64,000 bases of DNA. Origin: Malacoraja senta. Its lineage: Eukaryota. The stretch is taken from assembly GCA_038087875.1 (NCBI GenBank), contig JAXLNO010000415.1, positions 1 to 64,000 on the forward strand, in the 5' to 3' direction. The notes beneath the pieces are model-generated. The model was not told where the DNA came from. It did no database searches and worked only from the letters and a program-made list of their open reading frames with translations. Within the stretch, counting starts at the first letter, position 1. Every line of letters begins with the position of its first letter. Positions 40,318 to 54,850 of the stretch are shown one piece after another. Made by a program: the position numbers and the translations under genes.

Positions 40318-40461
40318 TGAACCTATCAGTCTGAAGAAGGGTTTCGGGCCCGAAACGTTGCCTATTTCCTTCGCTCCATAGATGCTGCTGCACCCGCTGA
40401 GTTTCTCCAGCATTTTTTGTCTACCTTCGATTTTCCAGCATCTGCAGTTCCTTCTTAAACA
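40318..40461 (+). mobile_element. Penelope-like terminal-repeat-only insertion
   Basis: 11-bp TSD CTTCCTAACTC (40307-17, 40462-72). Confidence 0.75.
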
Positions 40462-40996
40462 CTTCCTAACTCAGCCATTACACCGACGTCTATCAGAGAA
40501 TCGCTTGCCTGGTTCTAACATGGCCCGCATCTTAGTTTGAGCCCAGTGGTGCAGCGGGTGGAACTGATGAGGCCTGTTTCCGTGCTGTATCTCGAAAGCC
40601 TAAAGAGACTTTGCTTTGCCTGTCAGTGTGTCCCATACAACCAGTGACGAGGTCAGCGTTTGTGGATTAATCGGAATCAGAGATCGAGGCAAAGTTGAGG
40701 CGTTAAATCAGTGCACGAAACACAACCCGTGACCTGCGCGGGTTGTCTCCGGGATCTTCGGTTTCCTCCCGCATCCAAACACGTGCAGGTTTGTAGGTTG
40801 ATTGGCTTGACATAACTGTAAATTGTCCCTAGTGGGTGTAGGATAAGGTTAGGGTGCGGGGATCGCTGGTCGGTACGGACCTGGTGGGCCGAAGGGCCTG
40901 TTTCCGCGCTGTATCTCTCAACTAAACTAAACAAAACTAAATTGAACACTAGGTACAATTTACACACACACCAAGCCAATTAACCTACAAACCTGT

Positions 40997-42027
40997 TAAA
41001 GAAGGAACTGCAGATGCTGGAAAATCGAAGGTAGACAAAAATGCTGGAGAAACTCAGCGGGTGCAGCAGCATCTATGGAGCGAAGGAAATAGGCAACGTT
41101 TCAGGCCGAAACCCTTCTTCAGACTGATAGGGGGTGGGGAGAAGAAAGGAAAAAAAGGAAAAAGGCGGAGGAGGAGCCCGAGGGCTGGGGGAGGGGAGGA
41201 GACAACCGGATGGCTGATGAAGGGGAGGGGACAGCAAGGGCTAGCAGAATTGGGAGAATTCAATGTTCAAGCCCCCAGGATGTAGACTGCCCAAGCGGAA
41301 TATGAGGTGCATTTCCTCCAATTTCCGGTGTTGCTCGCTGTGGCCATGGAGGAGACCCAGGACAGAGAGGTCAGATACGGAATGGGAGGGGGAGTTGAAG
41401 TGCTGAGCCACGGGGAGGTCAGGTTGGTTATTGCGGACCGACCGGAGGTGTTCGGCGAAACGATCGCCAAGCCTCCGCTTGGTCTCACCGATGTAGATCA
41501 GCTGGCATCTAGAGCAGCGGATGCAATAGATGAGGTTGGAGGAGATGCAGGTGAACCTCTGTCGCACCTGGAACGACTGCTTGGGTCCTTGAATGGAGTG
41601 GAGGGGGAGGTGAAGGGACAAGTGTTGCATCTCTTGCGGTTGCAAGGGAAAGTACCCGGGGAGGGGGTGGTATGGGAGGGAAGGGAAGAATTGACAAGGG
41701 AGTTACGGAGGGAGCGGTCTTTGCGGAAGGCAGACATGGGGGGAGATGGGAAGATGTGGCGAGTGGTGGGGTCACGTTGGAGGTGGCGAAACTGACGGAG
41801 GTTCACTTGCTGTATGTGATGGCTGGTGGGGTGAAAGGTGAGGACTAGGGGGACTCTGCCCTTGTTGTGAGTGGGGGATGGGGAGAGAGAGCAGTGTTGC
41901 GGGGTATGGCAGAGACCCTGGTGCGAGCCTCATCTATGGTGGAGGAGGGGAACCCCCGTTCCCTGAAGAATTAGGACATTTCAGATGCCCTGGTGTGGAA
42001 CGCCTCATCCTGGGAGCAGATGCGGCG
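40997..42027 (-). mobile_element. Penelope-like element 3' part (GIY-YIG, frameshifted) inserted in a SINE
   Basis: Same family as 34657-35549; duplicated TACAAACCTGT at 40986-96 and 42028-38. Confidence 0.88.
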
Positions 42028-43041
42028 TACAAACCTGTACATCTTTGGAGTGCGGGAGTAAACCCTCGCAGGTCACGGGGAGAACGTACAAACTCCGTAC
42101 AGACAGCACCCGTAGTCGGGATGGAACCCGGGTCTCTGGCGCTGTGAGGCAGCAACTCTACCGCTGCGTCACCTTGCCACTGTATTCCATGCAGGCAACA
42201 ATACTGCAAACTAGTTGAGCCTGTTAAAATGAAAGATGCAAAGAGGTGTTTGTGTATTAAACAGCACTGGAGATTTTGACAGTGTTTTGGACTGAGTTAG
42301 TGTTTCATTCTGTGTTTATATGACAAACAGGACTGTGTTAAAACAGAGCTGGATACAGCGACAAGGTTCTGGTGTAAAACCCAGTGTGAGGTGTTTGAAG
42401 AAGGGCCTCGACCCCAGAAACGTCACCCATTCCTTCGCTCCAGAGATGCTGCCTGTCCCGCTGAGTTACCCGCGTTGTGTGTCTGTCTTCGGTGTAAACC
42501 AACATCTGCAGTTCACCTGCCCCTGTACCTCCTCCCTCGACTCTGTCCAGGGACCCCGGCAGTCCCTTCAGGTGAGGCAGAGGTTCACTTGCACCTCCTC
42601 CAACCTCATCTACTGTATCCGGTTGTTTAAGATGTGGACCCTTATACATCGGAGACACCGAACGCAGACCAGGCGATCGTTTCGCGGAACACCTCCGCTC
42701 AGCCCGCCTGAACCTACCTGATCTCCCGGTTGCCGGACACTTTAATTCTCCTTCCCATTCCCACACTGACCTTTCTGTCCTCGGTCTCCTCCACTGTCAG
42801 AGTGAGGCTTAAACGCAAATTGGAGGAACAGCACCTCATATTTCGCTTGGGGCAGTTTAATGGCATTTTAAACTTTACCAATGTCCAACTTATTATGGCC
42901 GTTACTGCACAGGCAGGGAGGAGAGGAATTTACCCAGTCGATAACAGAAACACCTATACAAGCGTACCAGGACTAGAGGGTGTGAGCTACAGGGAGAGGT
43001 TGAGCAGTCTGGGTCTCTTTCATGCCTGCTGCACCTGCATG

Positions 43042-43731
43042 AAAGTAGGCATGCAGGTGCAGCAGGCAGTGAAGCAAGCGAATGGTATGCTAGCTTTCAT
43101 AGCAAAAGGATTTGAGTATAGGAGCAGGGAGGTTCTACTGCAGTTGTACAGGGTCTTGGTGAGACCACACCTGGAGTATTGCGTACAGTTTTGGTCTCCA
43201 AATCTGAGGAAGGACATTATAGCCATAGAGGGAGTGCAGAGAAGGTTCACCAGACTGATTCCTGGGATGTCAGAACTTTCATATGAAGAAAGACTGGATA
43301 GACTTGGCTTATACTTGCTAGAATTTAGGAGATTGAGAGGGGATCTTATAGAAACGTACAAAATTCTTATGGGGTTGGACAGGCTAGATGCAGGAAGATT
43401 GTTCCCGATGTTGGGGAAGTCCAGGACAAGGGGTCACAGCTTAAGGATAAGGGGGAAATCCTTTAAGACCGAGATGAGGAAAAACATTTTTCACACAGAG
43501 AGTGGTGAATCTCTGGAACTCTCTGCCACAGAGGGTAGTCGAGGCCAGTTCATTGGCTATATTTAAGAGGGAGTTAGATGTGGCCCTTGTGGCTAAAGGG
43601 ATCAGGGGTATGGAGAGAAGGCAGGTACGGGATACTGAGTTGGATGATCAGCCATGATCATATTGAATGGCGGTGCAGGCTCGAAGGGCCGAATGGGCCT
43701 ACTCCTGCACCTATTGTCTATGTATCTATGT
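43042..43731 (+). mobile_element. CR1 LINE 3' fragment (young subfamily)
   Basis: CR1 C-terminal peptide within ORF 42730-43566. Confidence 0.9.
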
Positions 43732-44199
43732 TTGTGGGGGACGTGTTTCACTGCGAGTATGCCAGACGCGAGGACAGAGTCACCCACGCAGCATTGGTGG
43801 CGGGGTGGGGGTGGGGGGGGGGGGCAACGGTGCAGCGACGTTGCAATTCTCCAGAGAGGGTGGCGTTGCAAATGGAGCATGCAAGTCGCAATTCAGTCAC
43901 GTCCCGCTCCTCCCCCCCCCGCATGCAGGTTGTCGAGGGCGGTGAGTAAACTTCAGAGCTGCGCTCGTTGGCGTGGGAGAGCGGTTGCTATGCAACTGTG
44001 CCATCGTCTAACTGGTTGCAATTCCCTCCTCCTCCTCCTCCTGTCAATAACATCGCACCTTCACATTGAATCATGCCAATCCAATGTTCCTTCACCAAAG
44101 GCAACCAACCCGTCACGGTTATTTAACTCGTCTTCCTCTTGCTGCCGACATCTGCTCCTTGATAACACCAAAGGGCACTGATCCCAAACTCAAAACTCA

Positions 44200-45006
<807 letters not shown>

Positions 45007-46015
45007 TTAACCCCTCCCTTCTTTCCCTGCATCATCTCCTGTTTCTCTCCCCTCTCCATCTCTCTGTCGCTCTCTATGCTGTGCTCCCTCGATAAACAGT
45101 CCGGCCGGGACGCTGAGAGCCCCACTCCCTGCTCCACTGTCATCGAATCGGTTTGGTGTCCGATCCCAGCTCGACCTGTTCGAAGCCAAGAGAGGCTCCA
45201 AAATATGAGGCTCTTTGTCAAGCTGAAATAAAAATATCGGCAGGCCAGGCAGCATCTGTGGAGAGTGGACAGGGTGAATCTTGGAGGTGAAAGACAGAAA
45301 ACTCCTGACAATAGACAATAGACAATAGACAATAGATGCAGGAGTAGGCCATTCGGCTCTTCGAGCCAGCACCGCCATTCAATGTGATCATGGCTGATCA
45401 TCCCCAATCAGTACCCCGTTCCTGCCTTCTCCCCATATCCCCTGACTCCGCTATCTTTAAGAGCCCTATCTAGCTCTCTCTTGAAAGCATCCAGAGAACC
45501 GGCCTCCACCGCCCTCTGAGGCAGAGAATTCCACAGACTCACCACTCTCTGCGAGAAAAGTGTTTCCTCATCTCCGTTCTAAATGGCTTACCCCTTATTC
45601 TTAAACTGTGTGGCCCCTGGTTCTGGACTCCCCCAACATCGGGAACATGCTTCCTGCCTCTAGCGTGTCCAAGCCCTTAACAATCTTATATGTTTCAATA
45701 AGATGCCCTCTCATCCTTCTAAACTCCAGAGTGAACAAGCCCAGCCGCTCCATTCTCTCAGCATATGACAGTCCCGCCATCCCGGGAATTAAACTTGTAA
45801 ACCTACGCTGCACTCCCTCAATAGCAAGAATGTCCTTCCTCAAATTGGGAGTCCGAAACTGGGTCAGGCAGCATCTGTGAATAAAGAACAGGGTGAATGT
45901 TGTTGAAAGATTGAAACACTCACTGGGCAGGCAGCATCCATGGAGAGGGTTAATGTTGGAGGTGAAAGATAGAAAATTCGGTGGGTCAGGCAGCATCTGT
46001 GGAGAGGGAAAGTTA

Positions 46016-46335
46016 AGGGCCTGTCCCACTTACGCGACTTTTTCGGCACCCGTCGTAGGTTGGCGAAGTTTTTCAACATTAAAGACCCTACGACTCTTTG
46101 GGTGACTAGGAGACTACTTACGGCCATAGAGGCGACCCCTGGCGACCTCTCACGGCCATACAGGTGACCCCCTGGCAACATGCCCCCTGGTGACACCCGC
46201 GACATGTCTCCAGGGGGTCGCCTGTACGGTCGTGAGAGGTCTCCTAGTCACCCAAAGAGTTGCAGCGTTTTTCTGGTCGCCGCTGGGACAGGTGCCGGCA
46301 GTCGCCGAAAAGGTCGCGTAAGTGGGACAGGTCCT
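46016..46335. mobile_element. MITE related to 29007-29470
   Basis: 16-bp TIR; TTA TSD (46013-15, 46336-38). Confidence 0.82.
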
Positions 46336-46344
46336 TTAACCTTT

Positions 46345-46600
46345 CAGGTCAAAGATAGAAAACTCAGTGGGTCAGGCAGCATCTGTGGAGAGAGAAACAG
46401 GTTTAATGTTGAAGGTGAAACATAGAAAACCCAGTGGGTCAGGCAGCATCTGTGGAGAAAGAAACAGGGTTAATGTTGAAGGTGAAACATAGAAAACCCA
46501 GTGGGTCAGGCAGCATCTGTGGAGAGAGAAACAGGTTTAATGTTGAAGGTGAAAGATAGAAAACTCAGTGGGTCAGGCAGCATCTGTGGAAGCAAACAAG
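46345..46600. repeat. 67-bp tandem repeat derived from a Penelope-like terminal repeat (degenerate units back to about 45855)
   Basis: GGGTCAGGCAGC recurs at 46369, 46436, 46503, 46570. Confidence 0.85.
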
Positions 46601-47982
46601 GTTGACATTTCAAATCTATAAGCTCCGCTTTCCGCTCCACAGATGCTGCCTGACCAGACGAGTGTTTCTCGCACTTTTTATTTCTATTTTGGATTTCCAT
46701 CATCTGCGGTTATTTTCTTCCCGTGCGTATTTATTTTTGAGATTTCTTTAATCCTCCCTTTGACCGAGTGACACAAGAACGACAGCACTGTGATCAGCGC
46801 AGCGGTAGAGTTGCTGCCTCACAGCGCCAGAGACCCGGGTTCCATCCTGACCGCGGGCACTGTCTGCACCGAGTTTGTACCTTCTCCCCGTGACCCGCGT
46901 GGGTTTTCTCCGGGTGCTCCGGTTTCCCCTTACACTCCAAAAACGTGCAGGCTTGCGGGTTGTGTAGGAAGGAACTGCAGGTGCCGGTTTAAACCAAAGG
47001 TAGACACAAAAAGCTGGAGTAGCTCGGCGGGACAGGCAGCGTCTCTGCAGAGAAGGCATGAAGAATTGTCTCATCCCAAAACGTCACCCATTCCTTCTCT
47101 CCAGAGACGCTGCCTGTCCCGCTGAGTTACTCCAGCATTTTGTATCTATCCAGGTTAATTGGCTTCTGTGAACTATCCCAAGTGTGTAGGATAACATTAG
47201 TGAGCACGGACTCAGCGGGCCGAACGGCCTGTTTCCATGCCATATCTCTATCATTAAAACCATAAATATTGTTATCAATGTGGAACATAAAAATAATGGC
47301 CAACAGACAATAGACAACAGGTGCAGGAGGAGGCCGATCGAGCCAGCACCGCCATTCAATGTGATCACGGCTGATCATCCCCAATCAGTACCCCGTTCCT
47401 GCCTTCTCCCCATATCCCCTGACTCCGCTATCTTTAAGAGCTCTATCTAACTCTCTCTTGAAAGCATCCAGTGAATCGACCTCCACTGCCCTCTGTGGCA
47501 GTGAGTTCCACAGATTCACAACCTCTCTGGGTGGAAAAAGTTTTTCCTCGTCTCCGTTCTAAATGGCCCCTTATTCTCAAACTGTGGCCCCTGGTTCTGG
47601 ACGCTCCCAACAACGGGAACATGTTTCCTGCCTCAAGCATGTCCAAGCCCTTAATAATCTTATATGTTTCAATAAAATCCCTGCTCATCCTTCTAAACTC
47701 CAGAGTGCACAAGCCCAGCTGCTCCAAGCTTTCAACATATGACAGTCCCGCCATCCCGGGGATTAACCTGGTGAACCTACGCTGCACTCCCTCAATAGCG
47801 AGGGGCATCGAGTTCTGGAGGGGGTCATACCGCATGAAAACAGGCCCTTCGGCCCACCATGTCTGTGCTGACCATCCGTCGGCACCCGTTGCACCAGTCC
47901 CATTGTATTACCCCCCACACCACCGACCCACACACTAGGGGTCATTTACAGCGCCTCTGGGGATGTGAGAGGAAACCGGAGC

Positions 47983-48218
47983 CCTCAAGACGCTGCGTAC
48001 GCCCTCAATGCACCTGCGAGCCGACAGGCCGTTGGCGCGAGGAATCTTCGGACAGTGCAGGATTTTCGGAGCCCCGCGCGATGTCGGGACCATCCCCGCA
48101 CAACGCCATACGCCTCCGCGGTTGGAAGTGGGACCGGCCCCGCGCGGCCCGTACGCCTCAAGCCACCACGTTTGGTCGCGCTAGACGCATGCAATCGCAA
48201 GCAAGTGGGACAGGCCCT
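47983..48218. mobile_element. MITE fragment with right TIR only; related end at about 60828-60888
   Basis: AAGTGGGACAGGCCCT followed by TTA. Confidence 0.6.
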
Positions 48219-51200
48219 TTAGATAGAGTTCTTAAAGATAGTGGAGTCAAGGGATATGGGGAGAAGGCAGGAATGGGGTACTGATTGGGGATGATCAGCC
48301 ATGATCACATTGAATGGCGGTGCTGGCTCGAAGGGCCAAATGGCCTACTCCTGCACCTATTGTCTATTGTCTATTGTCTATTGTCTATTGTCTATTGTCT
48401 ATTGTCTATTGTCTATTGTCTATACTAGCTGGAATTACTCTGCCGGTCAGGCAGCATCTCTGGAGAAAAGGAATAGGTGACGTTCGGGTCGAGACTGAGA
48501 GTCAAGGGAAAGGGAAACGAGAGATATAGACGGTGATGTAGAGAGATAAAGAACAATGAATGAAAGACATGCAACAAAGTGACGATGATAAAGGAAACAG
48601 GTCATTGTTAACTGTGTGCTAGGTGAAAACGAGTTACAGACAATGAGACTCAACAAGATGACTTTGAAGCTGGTACGACTTGGATGGGGGAAGGACGGAG
48701 AGAGAGGGAAAGCAAGGGTTACTTGAAGTTTGAGAAGCCAATGTTCATACCGCTGGGGTGTAAGCTGCCCAAGTGAAATATGTGATGCTGTTCCTCCAAT
48801 TAGCGCTGGGCCCCACTCTGACAGTGGAGGAGGCCCAGGACAGAAAGGGTCAGTGTGGGAATGGGAGGGGGAGTTGAAGTGTTTGGCAACCGGGAGATCA
48901 GGTAGGTTTAGGCGGACTGAGCACCTGAACACCTGCGATCAGTCCGCCTAAACCTACCTGATCTCCCGGTTGCTCAACACTTTAACTCCCCCTCCCATTC
49001 CCACAGTCAGGGCCATGGTGAATAGAATCTGCTTGAATTTGACGAGGGGCCACAGTTATATTCTCCAGCGATTGGTGACGGGACCATTCCTTGTTCTGTA
49101 GCTTTGTTAACCATGTGTTTAATTCAGTTCAGTTCATTGTCACGTGTACCGAGGTGCAGTGAAAAGCTTTTGTCGTGTGCTAACCAGCCAGCGGAAAGAC
49201 AATACATGATTACAATCGAGCCGTGCACAGTGTACAGATACATGATAAGGGAATAACGTTTAGTGCAAGGTAAAGCCAGCAAAGTCCGATCAAGGATGGT
49301 CCGAGGGTCCCCGATGAGGTAGACAGTAGTTCAGGACTGCTCTCTAGTTGTGGTAGGATGGTACAGTTGCCTGATAACAGCTGGGAAGAAACTGTCCCTG
49401 GACTCTGGAGGTGTTGTTAACTCAGCGGGTCCAGGCAGCATCTCTGGAGAACATGGAGAGGTGGCGTTTCGGGTCAGGATCCCACAATCAGTCTGAAGAA
49501 GGGTCCCGACCCGACACGTTGCCTATTCATGTTCCCCACTGGTGCTGCCTGGCTCGCTGAGTTACTCCAGCACGTTGCCACTTTTTTATTTTGTAAACCA
49601 GCATCTGCAGTTCCTTGCGTCTCCCGTGTTGGGATTTGGTTGGGCGGCACTCGGTGGCGCAGTGGGTGGGAGCCGTGGCCTCAGAGGGCCAGAGACGCGG
49701 GTTCGACCCTGACCTCGGGCGTGGAGTTTGCACGTTCCACCTGCGACCGTGCGTGGGTTTCCTCCGGGTGCTCCGGTTTCCTCCCACGTCCCAAAGACGG
49801 CGCAGGTCGGTGGATCAATTGACCACACTATATCCCCCACCCCAACATGTAAGGCGCGGGGTGGATTCTGCAGGGAGTTGATGGGAATGAGAGGAGATTA
49901 CAATGGGGACTAGTGTAAATGGGAGGTTGATGGATACAGAGTGCTGGAGTAACTCAAGGGGGCAGGCAGCATCTCTGAGAACATGGATAGGTGACGTTTT
50001 GGATCGAGACCCTTCAACATCACGGGCTGGGTGGGCTGAAGGACCTGTTTCCGCGCTGTACCCGCGCTCTCCCTCTTTACGAGGTGTTCCCGGACTCGAG
50101 GGACGGAGCTCTGGGGAGAGGTTGAGTAGACTGGGACTCTATTCCTTGGAGCGCAGGAGGATGAGGGGTGATTTTATAGAGGTGTACAAAATCGGGAGGG
50201 AATTAGATCGGGTAGATGCACAGAGTCTCTTGCCCAGAGTAGGGGAATCGAGGAAACATAGAAACTAGGTGCAGGAGGAGGCCATTCGGCCCTTTGAGCC
50301 AGCACCGCCATTCAATGTGATCATGGCTGATCGTCCCCAATCAATAACCCGTGCCTGCCTTCTCCCCATATCCCTTGACTCCACTAGCCCCTAGAGCTCT
50401 ATCTAACTCTCTCTTAAATCCAGAGGACATGGGTTTAAGGTGAGGGGGAAAAGATTTAATAGGAATCTGAGGGGTAACTTTTCCACACAGAGGGTGGTGG
50501 GTGTATGGAACGAGCTGCCAGAGGAGGTAGTTGAGGCTGGGACTATCCCAACGTTTAAGAAACATTTGGACAGGTGCGTGGATAGGACAGGTTGAGAGGG
50601 ATATGGGTCAAACGTGGCCAGGTGGGACTAGTGTAGCTGGGACATGTTGGTCGGGTGGGCCGAGCGGCCAGTCTCCACGCTGTAAGATTATGACTCCAGG
50701 ACTCTGTGCGTTGAGGTGGTGTTTCAGTTGTTGAGATAGTTGGCCGGTTCGAACACTACAAGATGTAAAGGGTGATTCGAGCCTTAGCATCATAGAGTTA
50801 CAGTCCTAGAGTGACACAGTGTGGAAACTGGCCCTTCGGCCCAACTTGCCCACACCGGCCAACAATGTCTCAGCTACGGTAGACAAAATGGCTGGAGAAA
50901 CTCAGCGGGTGCGGCAGCATCTATGGAGCGAAGGAATAGGCAACGTTTTTGGGGCCGAAACCCTTCTTCAGCGACACCAGTCCCACCTGCCTGCGTTGGT
51001 TCATGTCCCTCCAAACCTGTCCTATCCATGAATCGTTTCTTAAACGTTGGGATAGTCCCAGCCTCAACTACCTTCTCTGGCAGCTTGTTCCATACACCCA
51101 CCACCCTTTGTGTGAAAAAGTCACCCCTCGAATTCCTAATCCTTTCCCCCTTCACCTTGAACCCTATGCCCTCCGGTCCTCGATTCCCCTACTCTGGGCA

Positions 51201-51349
51201 AGAGACTCTGTGCGTCTACCCGATCTATTCCTCTCATGATTTTATACACCTCCATAAGATCTCCCCTCATCCTCCTGCGCTCCAAGGAATAGAGACCCAG
51301 CCTGCTCAACCTCTCCCTGTAGCTCACACCCTCTAGTCCTGGCAACATC

Positions 51350-52065
51350 CTTGTTGAGACTTCTCCGAGCCCCCCCTCATCTTCCTGCCCCTCGGCCCGG
51401 GATCCAAATTAAAGTGTGGGGGAGGGGAGAGGAGGGGAGGGGAGAGGAGGGGGGGGGGGGTGTAGTTTCAGTGCAGTTACGAGCATCGAACCAGGCCTTG
51501 ACAGGGTTAAACAGCAAGAGCAGATTTGCTGCAGGGTTTTCACGAGATGAACAGTGGCTCGTTTAAGGTGGCAGAAAAACTGAACCGTTTCATGTGGGAG
51601 TTAGTGATCGCGTGAGAGATTGGGGGGGGGAGTCAAATATTAAACAGGAATGGAGCTGGCGAGCAGCTAAATCGGGAAGCACCGGTCCAAACGGTGGGAT
51701 AATTCAGGAATACTCTCCCCCCCCTCCCCCTCCCCCTCCCTCCCCTCCCTGCAAGGCTGTGAATCCCAGTGAATTTTTTTTTTCCTCCTTCCACCGAACT
51801 GACGGAGGTTTTCTCCGAGCGCTTCCGAGGGGAAAGGGACTAAATGGTCGTGCATCTTGCTTGAATGGGGGGACGGGCGGAGAGGGTGAAGCAGCCTCAG
51901 GGAAGGACCAGCGACCCCCTCCACCACCGGGGCCCCCCTCCCACTGAAGGTGTAACAAGGCTCGATGTGCATCGTTGCTTCCTTGCACAAGCCCTCGTCT
52001 CACGCGCTGGCTTCATTCGCCCAGCCAGGCTCGATGGATGTATTTTGGCACCGTGCGTGTGAAAG
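51350..52065 (+). promoter_or_regulatory. Candidate internal promoter / alternative first exon of syngap1
   Basis: Non-repeat 0.7-kb island ending ATG(52038) YFGTVRVK G|gtaacc; phase 1, compatible with exon 4. Confidence 0.45.
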
Positions 52066-54300
52066 GTAACCTAGAACCATCCTTCCCCCTCTCTCTCTTC
52101 AACTGATCCATTCTCTTCACTGTCAACACCGTTCATTGCCTGCCCATCCCGACTTGCCCTTGAGGGGGTTTGGGTGGGCGTGGTCCAGCTGCTGCCTCGC
52201 AGCGCCGCAGACCACGGGCGCTGCCTGCACGGAGTTTGCACGTTCTCCCCGTGACCCGCGCGGGTTTTCTCCGGGCGCTCCGGTTTCCTCCCACCCTCCC
52301 TCCCTCCAAAGACGCGCGGGGTTTGTAGGTTAAATGTTTTCAGAAGGAACTGCAGAGGCTGGGAAAATCGAAGGTTGACGAAATGCTGGAGAAACTCAGC
52401 GGGCGAGGCGGCGTCTGTGGAGCGAAGGGAACAGGCAACGTTTCCGGCCCGAATCGTCACCTATTTCCTTCGCTCCATAGATGCCGCCTCACCTGCTGAG
52501 TTTCTCCAGCATTTTTGGTCTACCTCAGGTCTGTAGGTTAAGTGGGTTGGTATACATGTAAATTGTCCCTAGTGTGTGTGGGATAGTGTTAGTGTGAGGG
52601 AGATCGCTGGTCGGCACGGACCCGGTGGGCCAAAGGGCCTGTTTGCGCGCTGTATCTCTAAACTAAACCGCTGTATCTGTCTGGGGAGGGAGCTTCCACA
52701 ATGTGGTCAGTTGTGGTCAAGAAGGAACATCTTAGATGTCCATTTTTTGAGCAACACTTAAGATGGACATAAAGTGCTGGAGTAACTCAGTGGGTCAGAC
52801 CCACACAAGTCTGAAGAAGGCCTCGACCCGAAACGTCACCTATTTCCTTCGCTCCATAGATGCTGCCTCACCCGCTGAGTTTCTCCAGCATTTTTGTCTG
52901 CCAGCGGGTCAGGCTGCATCTCTGGAGAGAAGCAACAGGTGACACTTCGGGTCGAGGCCCTTCCTCAGACTGGGAGCCTGAGAAACAGTTGGGCAGGCGT
53001 ATGGATAGGACAGGTTTGGAGAGATATGGGCCAGACGCGGGCAAGTGGGACTAGTGTGGGTGGGGTGTGTTGGTCGGAGTGGGCAAGTTGGGCTGAAGGG
53101 CCTGTTCCCACGTAAGTCGGACGGTCCGTGACTAGGAGGGGGATCCTGTAGGTGGTGGTGGCGCCCCCCCAGCCCTCATCTTTCAGATCAGTTTAGATTA
53201 TTGTCTCGTGTACCGAGGTGCAGTGAAAAAGCTTTTTGTCGTGTGCTAACCAGTCAGCGGAAAGACAATACATTGATACAATTGAGCCGTCCACAGTGTA
53301 CAGATACATGATAAGGGAATAACGTTTAGTGCAAGGTAAAGTCCGATCAAGGATAGTCCGAGGGTCCACCAATGAGGTAGATAGTAGTTCAGGACAGCTC
53401 TCTGGTTGTGGTAGGATGGTTCAGTTGCCTGATAACAGCTGGGAAGAAACTGTCCCTGAATCTGGAGGTGTGCGTTTTCACACTTCTGTACCTCTTGCCC
53501 GATGGGAGATGGGAGAAGAGGGAGTGGCCGGGGTGAGACTGGTCCTTGATTATGTTGCTGGCCTTGCCGAGGCAGCGTGAGGTGTGGATGGAGTCATTTG
53601 GAAGGGGGTTGGTTTGTGTGATGGTCTGGGCTGTGTCCAGTGGCAGTGGAGACTGAGCGTTTGGGAGATGCTGTCACGCTCGCCCGAGCCAGCGACTCCA
53701 GAGTGGACCATCTGCAAACTCCAGTGGTATTGTCAAGTTTGAAAAGGGCAGAGAAGATTACGAGGATGTTGCCAGACTCGAGGGTGTGAGCTTCAGGGAG
53801 AGGTTGAGCAGGCTGGGACTCTATTCCTTGGAGCCGCAGGAGGATGAGGGGTGATCTTATAGAGGTGGATAAAAACAAGGGACTGCAGATGCTGGTTTAC
53901 ATCGAAGATAGACACAAAAAGCTGGAGTAACTCAGCGGGTCAGGCAGCATCCCTGGCTGACGTTTCCGATCGACACCCTTCTTCAGGCTTCAGACTGAAG
54001 AAAGGCCTCGACCCGAAACGTCACCCACTCCTTCTCATCATGAAAGGAATAGATCGGGTAGATGCACAGAGTCTCTTGCCCAGAGTAGGGGAATCAAGGA
54101 CCAGAGGACATGTGTTTGAGGTGAAGGGGGAAATATTTAATAGGAATCTGTCGGAGGAGGTAGTAGAGGGAGGGACTATCGCAACTTCCAACCGGGAAGA
54201 CTATACATGGTTAAGATCGAGTCTTGTACAGAGAATGACATTGGGAATAACATGACTAACAGTCCCATCAAAGATAGTCCGATGGTCTCCAATGAGGTAG

Positions 54301-54850
<550 letters not shown>

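Noticed and set aside
42730..43566. 278-aa ORF
   Set aside because: Chance read-through across Penelope, spacer and CR1 fragments
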